DNA of 64,000 nt from Stegostoma tigrinum (Eukaryota): contig NC_081363.1 in NCBI RefSeq assembly GCF_030684315.1, positions 81,375,661 to 81,439,660 on the forward strand, read 5' to 3'. The notes under the pieces are model-generated. The model saw nothing but the letters and a program-made list of their open reading frames with translations. It was not told the DNA's origin and ran no database searches. The position numbers and the translations under genes are program-made. This document shows positions 51,975-63,561 of this stretch, in pieces (within the stretch, counting starts at the first letter, position 1; each line of letters starts with the position of its first letter).

Positions 51975-53815
51975 AAAAAAAGATGTGGGTTGAGAAAACC
52001 TTGGCAGTTAGGATCAAGAAAAATTCCATGGCTTTTTACACGTACGCAAAGAACAAGAGAATGACCAGAGAAAGGGTAGGGCCAATCAAGGATTGCAAGG
52101 GGAATTTTGCACAGAGCCTAAAGAGATAGGAGAGGTCCTTAATGGATACTTTCCTTTGGTATTCACAACTGAGAGGGACCTAGTTGTAGAAGATGACAGT
52201 GTGAAACAGGCTGGCAGGCTAGAGGAGGTGGATGTTAGTAAGGAAGATGTACTAGGAATTTTGAGGAACTTGGAGATAGATAAGTCCCCCGGGCCTGATG
52301 GGATTTATCCAAGGATTCTATGGGAAGCGAGGGAAGAGATGGCAGAGCCTTTGGCGATGATCTTTTCGACCTCACTGTTGACAAGTATAGTGTCGGAAGA
52401 TTGGAGAGAGGCAAATGTCATTCCTTTATTCAAAAAAAAAGGGAATAGGGATAACCCCAGAAATTACAAGCCAATTAGTCTTACTTCAGTGGTGGGCAAA
52501 TTATTGGAAAGGGCTCTGGGAGATAGGATTTATGATCACTTGGATAGGCACAGTTTAATTCGTGATAGTCAGCACGGATGTGTGAGGGATAGACCATGCC
52601 TCACAAACCTTATTGAAATCTTTGAAGAGGTGACCAAATACGTGGATGAAGGTAAAGAAATGAATGTGGCATACATGGATTTAAGTAAGGTGTTTAATGA
52701 GGTTCCCCATGGTAGGCTCATGCAGAAAGTAAGCAGGCATGGATAGGGGGAAATGTGGCAGATTGGCTTCAGAATTGGCTGACCCCGAGAAGACAAAGGG
52801 TGGTAGTAGATGGAAAATATTCAACATGGTGCTCAGTTATGAGTGGTGTACCACAAGGATCTGTTCTGGGTCCTCTTCTATTTGTGATTTTTGGAAATGA
52901 TTTGGATGAAGGAGTTGAAGGGTGGGTTAGTAAGTTTAGGGATGATACCAAGGTGGATTGGGTTATGGATAGTGCGGAGGACTGTTCTAGGTTATAAAGG
53001 GGCATCGATAGAATGCAGAGCTGGGCTGAGAAGTGGCAGATGGAGTTTAACTCTGAAAAGTGAGAGGTGATTCCTTTTGGAAGGACAAATCTGAAAGCAG
53101 AATACGGGGTGAATGGAAAGATTCTTGACAGTGTGGAGGAGCAGAAGGATCTTGGGGTTCATGTCAGCAGTTCCCTGAAAGCTGCCACCCAAGGGGATAG
53201 AGTTGTTAAAAAGGTGTATGGTGTGTTAGTTTTCATTAATAGAGGGATTGAGTTCAAGAGCCGTGAAGTTATGCTCCAGCTATACAAAAGCCTGGTTCAG
53301 CCACATCTGGAGTATTATGTCCAGTTCTGTTCGCATCATTACAGAAAAGATGTGGAAGCATTTGAAAAGGTGCAGAGTAGATTTAACTGCATGTTGCCTG
53401 GAATGGAGGCAAGGTCTTACAAGGAAAGGTTGAAAGAGCTAGGGCTTTTCTCTTTACAACAGCGAAGGATGAGAGGTGACTTGATAGAGGTGTAGATAGA
53501 GTAGACAGCCAGCGACTTTTTCCTAGGGTGGACGTACCTAATATAAGGGGGCATAGTTTTAAAATGAGTGCAGGTAGATAGAGGGGAGATGTCAGAGGTA
53601 GGTTCTTTATTCAGTGGTCAGGGCGTGGAAAGCATTGCCAGAGAGGGTAGTGGAGTCGGCCTCATTAGGGGCATATAAGTGGCTATTAGATAAGCATATG
53701 GAGGATAGTATAAGATAGGGGTGGAGATTAGATAGACCTTAGGTTTAGGGTAAAAGTTTGGCACAACATTGTGAGCCAAAGGGCCTATACTGTACTGTTC
53801 TATGTTCTATGTTCT
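51975..53815 (+). mobile_element. CR1 LINE, 5'-truncated, ORF2 RT with stops/frameshifts
   Basis: ORFs 52093-52746 (KSPGPDGIYPRIL...NYKPISLTSVVGK...YMDLSKVF), 52755-52997 (GVPQGSVLGPLLF...KFRDDTK) and 53067-53495; tail (ttctatg)n. Confidence 0.96.
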
Positions 53816-54964
53816 TACGTAATGTCAACAGACCAGTTCACCAATGGGGAGGCAGATCTCAGCCCAACCCTAACCATACACAAAGTCACAGGACACCAGA
53901 CAGAACCTGAAATCATGAGAAGTTTTCCCTTTTACTCGATGGCATCAGTCAGGTGGGGACTGGGACTAGGAGAAATATGGCCATCTTGGCTCCAAAAATT
54001 CACAGAATGGGCTTTTGTTATCCCTTGTTCATTTATTGCAAGTGCTGTTCGACTAAACTTGCAAAATGACTCTATCACTGTATTAAAAATAGTGTAATTT
54101 CATTTATAATACAAGTTACCTGCAATGGTTTATCTTCCATTTATTAACCCAGGAGCCCTTGAAGATAAACCCTTGGGCTCCCTCCGCTGCCAATGCAACA
54201 ACACAATCAGACAATACATTAGCTTCCACAAGCACAGGAAAAGAACACAACTCCCACTCACCATCTCTCTTCATTCCTCCAATTCAATGTTGTTAATTAT
54301 TATTCTTATTAATCAGATGGCATGTCCTACATGCAGTACAGAGGTGAGTATTTCCAAGTAAATACTATGAAGAGCAAGCTAATTGTCTGCAAGCACACGA
54401 CAAACTCCACTACCTAGCTACTGATTTCATAGCTACTTTCTGAGGTGGAGCCAGATCATTCCAAACGTAGCAACACATGTAATGCTGAGTTGAGCCCTGT
54501 ATTCTCTTCTTCACAAACATCTGGTAACTTCCACAACATTTCTCATCTCGGCACCAACCAAAATCTTTGTTACTGATACCCTCATCAATGTCACCTTGGC
54601 TGGCCTCCAACCTTTCAATCTTCAAAAATTTGAGGCCATCCAAAATTCAGCTGATTGCACCCAAACTCCTTGTTTGCCAGTCACCCCTGAGTTTACTGAC
54701 CTAATATTGACTCCCAGTCCAATGACATGTCAATTTGATAACTCTCAAACCCCTTTGTAGCTGCATCCTCCTCATCAGTGTAACCTCTTCTAGTACTACA
54801 TTACAGTCATTGAGATCTAGAAAAAGGCTCTTTGGCCCATCGTCTCCAAATTGGTCAAAAACCACCTGACTATTCAAATCAGCACTTCAGCTGATTGGAA
54901 TAGTTCCAGCACTTGGCCCATTACCTTGTATGCCTTGGCATTGCAAATGTATATCAAAATACTT

Positions 54965-55380
54965 AAGAGTCATACAGCACAGAAACAGACCCTTCAGTCC
55001 AACTTGTCCATGGCCCTCCAAATTTCCCAACCTCAACTAGGGCCATTTGCCTGCATTTAGCCCATATTCCTCTAAACCTTTCCAATCCTTGTACCTGTCT
55101 TTTAAATGTAACTATACCTGCATCTAACACATATGCCGGCAGTGCATTGTACATATGAACCATGCTCCCTGTGAAAAGGTTGTCCTTCAGGTCCCTTTTA
55201 AGTCTTTCTCCTCTCACCCTAAAATTGTGCCCGCTAGTTCTGAACTCCCCTAGCCTAGTGAAAAGGCCTTTGCTATTCACTTTGTCTATGTTATCCATGA
55301 TTTTATAAACTTCAATAAGGTCACTCCTCAACCTCTCTCGCTCCAGTGAAAAAGTCCCAGCCTCTCCTTATAACTCAAAT
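54965..55380 (-). mobile_element. Younger CR1 3' fragment nested in the 3' UTR of the older CR1
   Basis: Tail agagtcatacagcacagaaacagacccttc; ORF 54963-55331 reads RSDLIEVYKIM...RTSGHNFRVRG. Confidence 0.85.
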
Positions 55381-58160
55381 CTTGCTTTTCAAATGTCACG
55401 AAGGCCTCTGCCTCCACCATTCCTTACAGGCAGTGAGTTGCAGATTCCCACCATCCTCTAGGTGGGAAGGGATTTTCCTCATATCTCTTACAAATATGAT
55501 GCCCCTTATCTGAAAGTCAAGTCCTCTGGTCATTGATCCCTCCATCAAGGGGAAAAGTTGCTTCCTGTTTACCCTACCTATGTCTCTCATAATTTTATAC
55601 ATATCAATTATGTCCCCTCTCAATTTATTCTGCTCCAAACATAACAAAACCAGAATGTCCAATCTCTCTTCAAAAGTGAAATTCTCCAGCACTGGCAACA
55701 TCCTGGTAAATCTCTTCTGCACTCTGTCCAGTGTTGTCACATCCCTCCTAATAATGTGGATTCCGGAACTACACACAATAGTCTAGCTACAGCTTAACCA
55801 ATGTTTTATATAGTTCTTGCATAACTTCGCTGCTCTTAAACTCTATGCCTCGACTAATAAAGGCAAACATACAATATGCCTTCTTAACCACTTTATTCAC
55901 CTGCCCTGGTATGTTAAAGGACCAGTGCACATTCACACCAATGTCTGTCGCTCTTTGGTGCTTCATATTTACCATCAGACATTCCCTTGCCTTGTTTGTC
56001 CCACTAAAGTACATTTCCCCACTTTATCCAAATTTGCTAGTGACCCAGCCTGTTTACAGTAATCCAAGGTTTTTGTCCTCACTATTACCACCACACCAAT
56101 TTTTGCAACATCTGTGAACTTACTCATTAATCCTTCCATATTCAAGCCCACATCAATTATATAAATCACAAACAGAAAGGACCCTAATGACCCCTGTGGG
56201 ATCCTGTTGGACACAGACTTCCAGTCAGAAAGTCTAAGTAGACTACATCTACATACCTAGTCAATTCTTCAAAATATTCAATCATTTTGATCAGAAATGA
56301 TCTCCCCTTAAAAAAAAGTTGATTGTTCTCGATTAATTCCTGCCTCACCAAATGTAGATTAATACCATTCATCAGGATTTCTTCCAACTGTCTCTGTGTC
56401 ACTGAGATTAGATCAACCCCAGCCTGTAGTTTCCCAGTTTATCCTTGCTCCCTTCCTAAGCAACACTGCTACATTGGGTGAACTGCTGTCCTCCTGTACT
56501 TCTCCTGTGGCCAGAGAGGAATTGAAACATTTTGTAACATCCTGCTATTTCCTCCCTTGATAATCTGCAAAACAGTTACTATAGCCCAATAGATGTTTCT
56601 ACTTGTAAGCCTGCAGACCACTCAAAATCACCTTTCTGTTTATGCTAATTTCTTCAATGGTATCACAGGTTTTCTCACTAATTTCTATATCCACAACCTC
56701 CTTCTGACTTGCGAATGCTGAAGCAAATAATTTATTCAGAACTCTATCTGCATTCTCTGGTTTCACACACAAATTACTACTTTGATCTGTATTGGGCCCA
56801 ACTCTTTCCCTTGTTATTCTTTTACCCTTAATATACCTGTAAAACAATTCAGGATTTTTCGGTATTTTTAGCTTTCCTAATCTCCTTTTTAAACTCCCTT
56901 TTAACACATTCTATACTCCCCTCAAGCTTCCACACTGTTTTCTCTTAGTCCAATGCCGTAAATGCCTCCATACCCAGGGGTACAGGATTTGATGGTCCCA
57001 TACCTTTCCCTTAATGGAATATGTTGTCCTTGTACTGTCCATATTTCCTTCTGGAATGCATACCACTGTTCAGAGGCAGATTTACCTGAAATTACTGGCT
57101 CCCCGTCCACCATGGCCAAATCATACCTGATCTTATGAGAATCAGTCTTCCCTTGGTTTACTTCAGGCTCATCCTGAAGTATTTTGCATTACAATCTTGA
57201 GTTATGATCCTGTCTGTAAAATTATCTTACACTGATACTTTTTTGATACCATTTGGCCAGCTTTGATACCTAAAACAAAGCCCAGGACCAACCCCTCCCT
57301 TATGGGGCCTTTGAATGGCTTAAAAAACTCTGCTGGAAAGATTGTAAGAATTTTGCTCCCTCTAAACCTTTCACACCATGACTAACCCAGTTCAGATTGG
57401 GTAAGCTGAAATCCCTTACTGTCACTACGCTATTACTTTACACTTCCTACATGAGATTGCCTACATATTTGCTCTTCTACTTCTCATGGACAGTTAGAGG
57501 TCTATAATACAGTCCTAGTAATGTGATTGCTCCTTTTTTGTTGTTAAATTCTTACTGTCTGACTTAATTTGAGGATCCTTTAAGATATCATCCCTTCTAT
57601 ACGCAATAAATTCCCTGATCAAAATTGTGACACCTTCCTTTCTTTTACCTCTGTCCCTGTCTAACCTGAAGACCCTATATCCTGAAATACTGAGCTGCCA
57701 GCCCTGCCCCTCCCTCAACCATGTCTCAGTAACCGCAATGACATCATACACTGATGGTTTAATTCACGCCCTCAACTCATCTGCTTTGTTCATCAGATTC
57801 CTTGCGTTTAAATAAATACCATGAAACCTCGCCAAACCCCGTTCTCCATAAGTGACCTCCAATGTTTTCCTGATTCACTCAACATCTCTTCAAATTTTGG
57901 CCATTCATCTTCCTCTGCTAACATTCTTGCAATTCCACCCCGGTGCCAAGTCAGTTTAAACCCTCGATAATGGCTCTAGCAAACCTCCCTGTGCAACCCA
58001 TCCACCTCTTACTGGTCCCACCATCCCCAAAAATGGAACCAATGTTCCAGAAACCTAAAGCCCTCCACCAACTGTCCAGCCACACATTCATCTGAACTAA
58101 CCTCCTATTTCTATACTCACTTGCATATGGCACCAGAAGTAATCCAGAAATTACTATCTT

Positions 58161-58534
58161 CAATATAAAATTGGCTTAACAGCAAGAAACAGACAGTGGT
58201 AGTGCAGGGTTGTTTTTCAGACTGGAGGCCTGTCACCAGTGGTGTTCCATAGGGATTGGTTCTAGGTCCTCTTTTGTTTGTCATTTCTATAAATGATTTG
58301 GATGAGAATGCCGAAGCCATGATTAGTAAGTTTGCAGACAACACCAAAATTGGTAGCATAGTAGAGAGTGAAAAAGGTTTTCTAAGATTAGACTAGATTA
58401 GATTAGGTTCCCTACAGTGTGGAAACAGGCCCTTCCGCCCAACAAGTCCACATCGCCCCTTGAAAATTTATTGCATATAGAAGGGATGATATCTTAAAGG
58501 ATCCTCAAATGAAGTCAGACAGAAGGAATTTAAA
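58161..58534. repeat. Compound locally templated insertion (direct copy of 59059-59362 plus inverted copy of 57544-57612)
   Basis: Read directly from the sequence; actatctt flanks it at 58153-58160 and 58535-58542. Confidence 0.9.
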
Positions 58535-58719
58535 ACTATCTTTTAGCTCCTGTTCCTTAATCTACTTCCCAGTTCCCTAAATTCTGCTTTCAGGACCTCA
58601 TCCCTTTTCTCTGCCTAAGTCATGGGTTTCTTCAGAGATACCTGGACTTTGCCAATTCATTTCTCCTGCACAACCCATTTTAATCATCCTATCATCGTCA
58701 TTGCCTTTACTCATCAAGG

Positions 58720-60295
58720 ACCTGAAGGGAGGCTAATATTGTACCTTTGTTTAAGAAAGATTGTAAGGAGAAACCAATGAACTATGGACCTGTGAGTCTG
58801 ACTTTGGTTGTGGGCAAATTGTTGGAGATGATCATATAAGATAGGGTTGACCGACATTTAGAGAGGCAAAAATTGATTACCAGTAGTCAGCAAGGAAAAT
58901 CATGTCTCACAAACTTGATTAAACTTTTTTGAGGAAGTCACCAAAAAGATTGAGGAGAGTTGTTTATTTGGGCTTTAGCCAAGCCTCCGACAAGGTTCTG
59001 CATGGTAGACTAACTAATAAAGATAGGTCACATGGGATTCAGGGTGCGCCCACTAATTCAACACATAATTGGCTTAACAGCAGAAAACAGACAATGGTAG
59101 TGCAGGGTTGTTTTTCAGACTGGAGGCCTGTCACCAGTGGTGTTCCATAGGGATTGGTTCTAGGTCCTCTTCTGTTTGTCATTTCTATAAATGACTTGGA
59201 AGAGAATGCAGAAGCCATGATTAGTAAGTTTGCAGACAACACCAAAATTGGTAGCATAGTAGAGAGTGAAAAAGGTTTTCTAAGATTAGAATAGATTAGA
59301 TTAGATTCCCGACAGTGTGGAAACAGGCCCTTCCGCCCAACAAGTCCACATCGCCCCTTGAAGCATCCCACCCAGACCCATCCCCCTATAACCCACACAC
59401 CCCTGAACACTATGGGCAATTTAGCATGGCCAATTCACCCAGCCTACACATCTTTGGACTGTGGGAGGAAACCGGAGCACCCGGAGGAAACCCACACAGA
59501 CAGAGGGAGAATGTGCAAACTCCACACAGACAGTCGCCCGAGGCTAGAATTGAACTCGGGTCCCTGGTGCTCTGAGGCTGCAGTGCTAACCACTGAGAAA
59601 CCATGCCGCCCCAAATACAAGAGGGATCTTGATTAAATAGGTCAATGACCTGAAAAATGGCAGATGGAGTTCAATCCGGATAAATGCAAGGTATTGCATT
59701 TTGGTATAATAAACTTGGGTAGGTCAATTCATGGTAAGGACTTGGGTAGGGCTGTACAGCAGAGGGACTGAGGGGTTCAGGCACATAATTCTTTGAAGCT
59801 GGCTTCACATACAGACAGGGTGGTTATAAAGATGTTTAGCACAATTATCTTCAGTGCTTGGAGTTGAAAAGTCATGTTGAGGTTGTACAGGATATTGGTA
59901 AGGCCTCTTCTGGAGTACTGTGTCTAGTTCTGGTCATCCTGTTATAAGAAGGATATTATTAAGCTGCAGAAGGTTCAGAACAGATTTATCAGGACATTGC
60001 CGGGTGTGGAAGGTTTGAATTATACTGGATAGGGCTGGGACAATTTTCCACTAGAGAAAAGGAGGTTGAGAGACAATCTTACAAAAAATTATAAAATCAT
60101 GAGGGTTAATGATAGTTAACCTTTCCCTAGGATGGGGGATTTTTAGAGTAGGGGCACATTTTTAAGGTAAGAGGAGAGAGATTTGGAGGGAAATGGGCCA
60201 GGAGCAGGCAGGTGGCATGAGCTTAATTTGGGATTGCGTGTGAAATGGACTGGTTAGACCAAAGGGTCTACTTCCATGCTTTATGACTCCATGAG
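58720..60295 (+). mobile_element. CR1 LINE RT/3' relic interrupted by an HE1 SINE
   Basis: ORF 58929-59150 VVYLGFSQASDKVLHGRL...WRPVTSGVP; agtaagtttgcagacaacaccaaaattgg; resumes at ~59613; tail tttatgactccatga. Confidence 0.9.
59283..59611 (-). mobile_element. HE1-type V-SINE, full length, (TCTAA)n tail
   Basis: The reverse complement begins ggggcggcatggtttctcagtggttagcactgcagcctc...gggacccgagttcaattc; V-domain is intact; tail reads agattagattagatt on +. Confidence 0.93.
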
Positions 60296-60900
60296 CTGTT
60301 TCTCTGTATAGAAACCTTTTAAGATGTTACTTAAAAAATGCCTCTGACAAAGCTTTTGGTTATCTGTGACAATTTGTAGATCAGTATTAAATTTTATTTG
60401 ATTACGCTGCTCTGAAAACTTGAGTCATTCCTGCATTCATATAGACTCATTTAAACTAATATTTAAAGTGAAATGTTTCATAATGTACTTGTTGCCTCCG
60501 TCCCATTGAAACAACTGTGCATCGCTTCATATCTTGGTTCCAAAAGCACAAATATTCCAATCTCTACTTTCTCTACTTCTCCAGTTGCCATAATGTTTTT
60601 CCATTTAACAAACAAACATTTAAACACTATTCAAGAACGAGTCTATGACTTTGAAAATGGTGGCAACTATATTAGTATGTGCAGGTCTAATTTAACTCTA
60701 TCCTCAAATCCTAATAACTGTTTTCACTGCATTGTGCAGGCCTCAGAAGATCACCTAATTAACAGAAAACTTGCAGAGTTGAAAACATGTTTCATTTCTC
60801 AGTTAGGAAGTAGTGATGCATAGTGTTTGGTGTGCTATTAATTCAGTATGAATCACAAGTCCAATATAGAGAGTGCAATACCACCACCTTCTGTTAGTAT

Positions 60901-61236
60901 CATAGAATCCCTACAGTAGAAGCAAGTCATTTGGCCCATTGCGACCACACCGACCCTCCAAAGAACATCCAACCCAGACCCATCCACCAACCCTATCCCT
61001 GTACCCCTGCATTTCCCATGGCTAATCAACTTAACCTACACATACCTGGACGTATAGCAATGAGACATGGACAATCCACCTAACCTGCACATCTCTGGGC
61101 TGTGGGAGGAACACAAACTTGCAGAGGAATTCCATGCAGAAACAGAGATAATGTGCAAACTCCACACAGTCACCCTAGGGTGGAACCCAGGTAACTGGCA
61201 CTGAGGCAGCAGTGTTAACCACTGAACCACCATGTC
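60901..61236 (-). mobile_element. HE1-type V-SINE, diverged
   Basis: catagaatccctacagt...ccacctaacctgcacatctctgggctgtgggagga...atgtgcaaactccacacagtcacc...cagtgttaaccactgaaccaccatg. Confidence 0.88.
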
Positions 61237-62299
61237 TGCTATTACTGCAATATTAAATAGCACAGCTCCTTCCACACACCTAACCACTACTCGAAGTCAA
61301 AATTACTAGAAGAATATCTACCTTTCCCTTGAAAATATGCCAAATATCAAAGGGTTAAGGATTGCCAACTTTGACTGGATATGCTCCTAGAGGACATAAT
61401 CACATGAACCCCTTCCTTCCAAACATTGTGTCACCGCTCGCCCATCCTTGATCACCTAAAAATTAAAACAAGAGAGGTCACCATTATGGTACCCCTTGTT
61501 CCCACACTGAGTTCACAAAGGTTAAGGGATAATCAGGAAAATGAAAACTCACTCATACAAGGGAGGACAATGGTATGATTCAAGCTGCAATGGTTAGGTG
61601 CAAGCTTCACAAAGCTCTGCCAATAATCCACCACAGACACTATCAGAATTCAGTGTGCACCTGAATGAAAGGCTTCTCCACAGACTTGCACTATGAACAA
61701 GATAGATCTGTTCCAATATCACAACGAAATATAGATACAGCTTGCCCTCCCAGCATCTGCAAACAGTATAACATTTTGTTTGAACAAGACTCCACAGTTT
61801 GAACATTAATGCATCGACAGCTGCTGAAACTTCAACATGTGGGATGTTTTTCTTTAACTATTGTCATCAAGGCCAGCATATCAGTGGTGAGAATTAGAAC
61901 ATTTTCTTTTGCAAAATAGTACTTGATGGAGAGCTGCATTATTGAGGAGTTGTGCAAGACATTATACCACAATCTCTCTGTTTCAGTTGGATGCAGGGGT
62001 TCCAAGAAACTATTTAAAAGGCATAAGAATTCTCCCAGTTAGCATCTTTTATTAACGACCACCAATAAAAGTTATTTGCTTACACTGAAATCATTTGGTC
62101 CAACTAGTCCTTCTGGTCCCACATAAGCAGAAGACATATCCCAAATTCCCTTTATCAGTCATTCCAAATTACTGTAAGCTGTAATACATTCTTACCTTTT
62201 AAAGTCAGTCATAAACTCCACTAGGATACCGTTATGATTCCAGCTGATGTTATTATTGAACAAGTTAGATCCCAGACTGAAACCAAGCTTTACGGATCA

Positions 62300-63561
62300 T
62301 AAGATAACAAAATGTGAGGCTGGATGAACACAGCAGACCCAGCAGCATCTCAGGAGCACAAAAGCTGAGTGGCCTAGACCCTTCATCAGAGAGGGGGATG
62401 GAGAGAGGGTTCTGGAATGAATAGGGAGAGAGGGGGATGCAGACCGAAGATGGAGAGAAAAGAAGATAGGTGGAGAGGAGAGTATAGGTGGGGAGGTAGG
62501 GAGGGGATACGTCAGTCCAGGGAAGACGGACAGGTCAAGGAGGTGGGATGAGGTTAGTAGGTAGGAGATGGAGGTGCGGCTTGGGGTGGGAGGAAGGGAT
62601 GGGTGAGAGGAAGAACAGGTTATGGAGGCAGAGACAGGTTGGACTGGTTTTGGAATGCAGTGGGTGGAGGGGAAGAGCTGGGCTGGTTGTGTGGTGCAGT
62701 GGGGGGAGGAGACGAACTGGGCTGGTTTTGGGATGCGGTGCGGGAAGGGGAGATTTTGAAGCTGGTGAAGTCCACATTGATACCATTGGGCTGCAGGGTT
62801 CCCAAGCGGAATATGAATTGCTGTTCCTGCAACCTTCGGGTGGCATCATTGTGGCACTGTAGGAGGCCCATGCTGGACATGTCATCTAAAGAATGGGAGG
62901 GGGAGTGGAAATGGTTTGCGACTGGGAGGTGCAGTTGTTTATTGCGTACCGAGCGGAGGTGTTCTGCAAAGCGGTCCCCAAGCCTCCGCTTGGTTTCCCC
63001 AATGTAGAGGACGCCACACCGGGTACAATGGATGCAGTATACCACATTGGTAGATGTGCAGGTGAGCCTCTGCTTAATATGGAAAGTCATCTTGGGGCCT
63101 GGGATAGGAGTGAGGGAGGAGGTGTGGGGGCAACTGTAGCATTTCCTGCGGTTGCAGGGGAAGGTGCCGGGTGTGGTGGGGTTGGACGGCAGCGTGGAGC
63201 GAACAAGGGAGTCACGGAGAGAGTGGTCTCCCCAGAAAGCAGACAAGGGTGGGGATGGAAAAAGGTCTTGGGTGGTGGGGTCGGATTGTAGATGGCAGAA
63301 GTGTTGGAGGATGACGCGTTGTATCCGGAGGTTGGTGGGTGGTGTGTGAGAACGAGGGGGATCCTCTTTGGGCGGTTGTGGCGGGGGCGGGGTGTGAGGG
63401 ATGTGTTGCGGGAAATGCGGGAGACGCGGTCAAGGGCGTTCTCGACCACTGTGGGGGGAAAGTTGCGGTCCTTGAAGAACTTGGACATCTGGGATGTGCG
63501 GCAGTGGAATGCCTCATCGTGGGAGATGCGGCGGAGGCGGAGGAATTGGGAATAGGGGATG
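62300..63561 (-). mobile_element. Penelope-like element, 5'-truncated: RT thumb/linker, GIY-YIG endonuclease, 3' region
   Basis: IPYSQFLRLRRIS...F..R..PP (PLE RT C-terminus); PCNRRKCYSC linker; NVVYCIHCTRCGVLYIGETKRRLGDRFAEH...HF...RRLQEQQFIFRLGTLQPNGIN (GIY-YIG). A frameshift lies between ORFs 63087-63848 and 62620-63246. Confidence 0.95.

Larger units (their letters stand above)
54800..58640 (-). mobile_element. Old near-full-length CR1 relic: ORF1 esterase remnant, APE endonuclease, deleted RT, 3' UTR; carries nested insertions
   Basis: 57951-58163 KIVISGLLLVP...RNRRLVQMNVWLDSW...GF..W..F..DG (SGNH-esterase-type ORF1); 57515-57751 YDVIAVTETWL...GYRVFRLDR...GV (APE); 55975-56214 IPQGSLGSFLFVIYIID; 55396-55776 RVQKRFTRMLP. 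Confidence 0.88.

Noticed and set aside
62190-62300. AAAAG|gtaag donor as the end of RAD51B exon 6
   Set aside because: The upstream translation (ILVEFMTDFKR) does not match the expected exon, and the region overlaps an LTR-like terminus.
62640-62760. CRISPR-like array
   Set aside because: Contiguous tandem units without unique spacers, no cas genes, vertebrate retroelement context.
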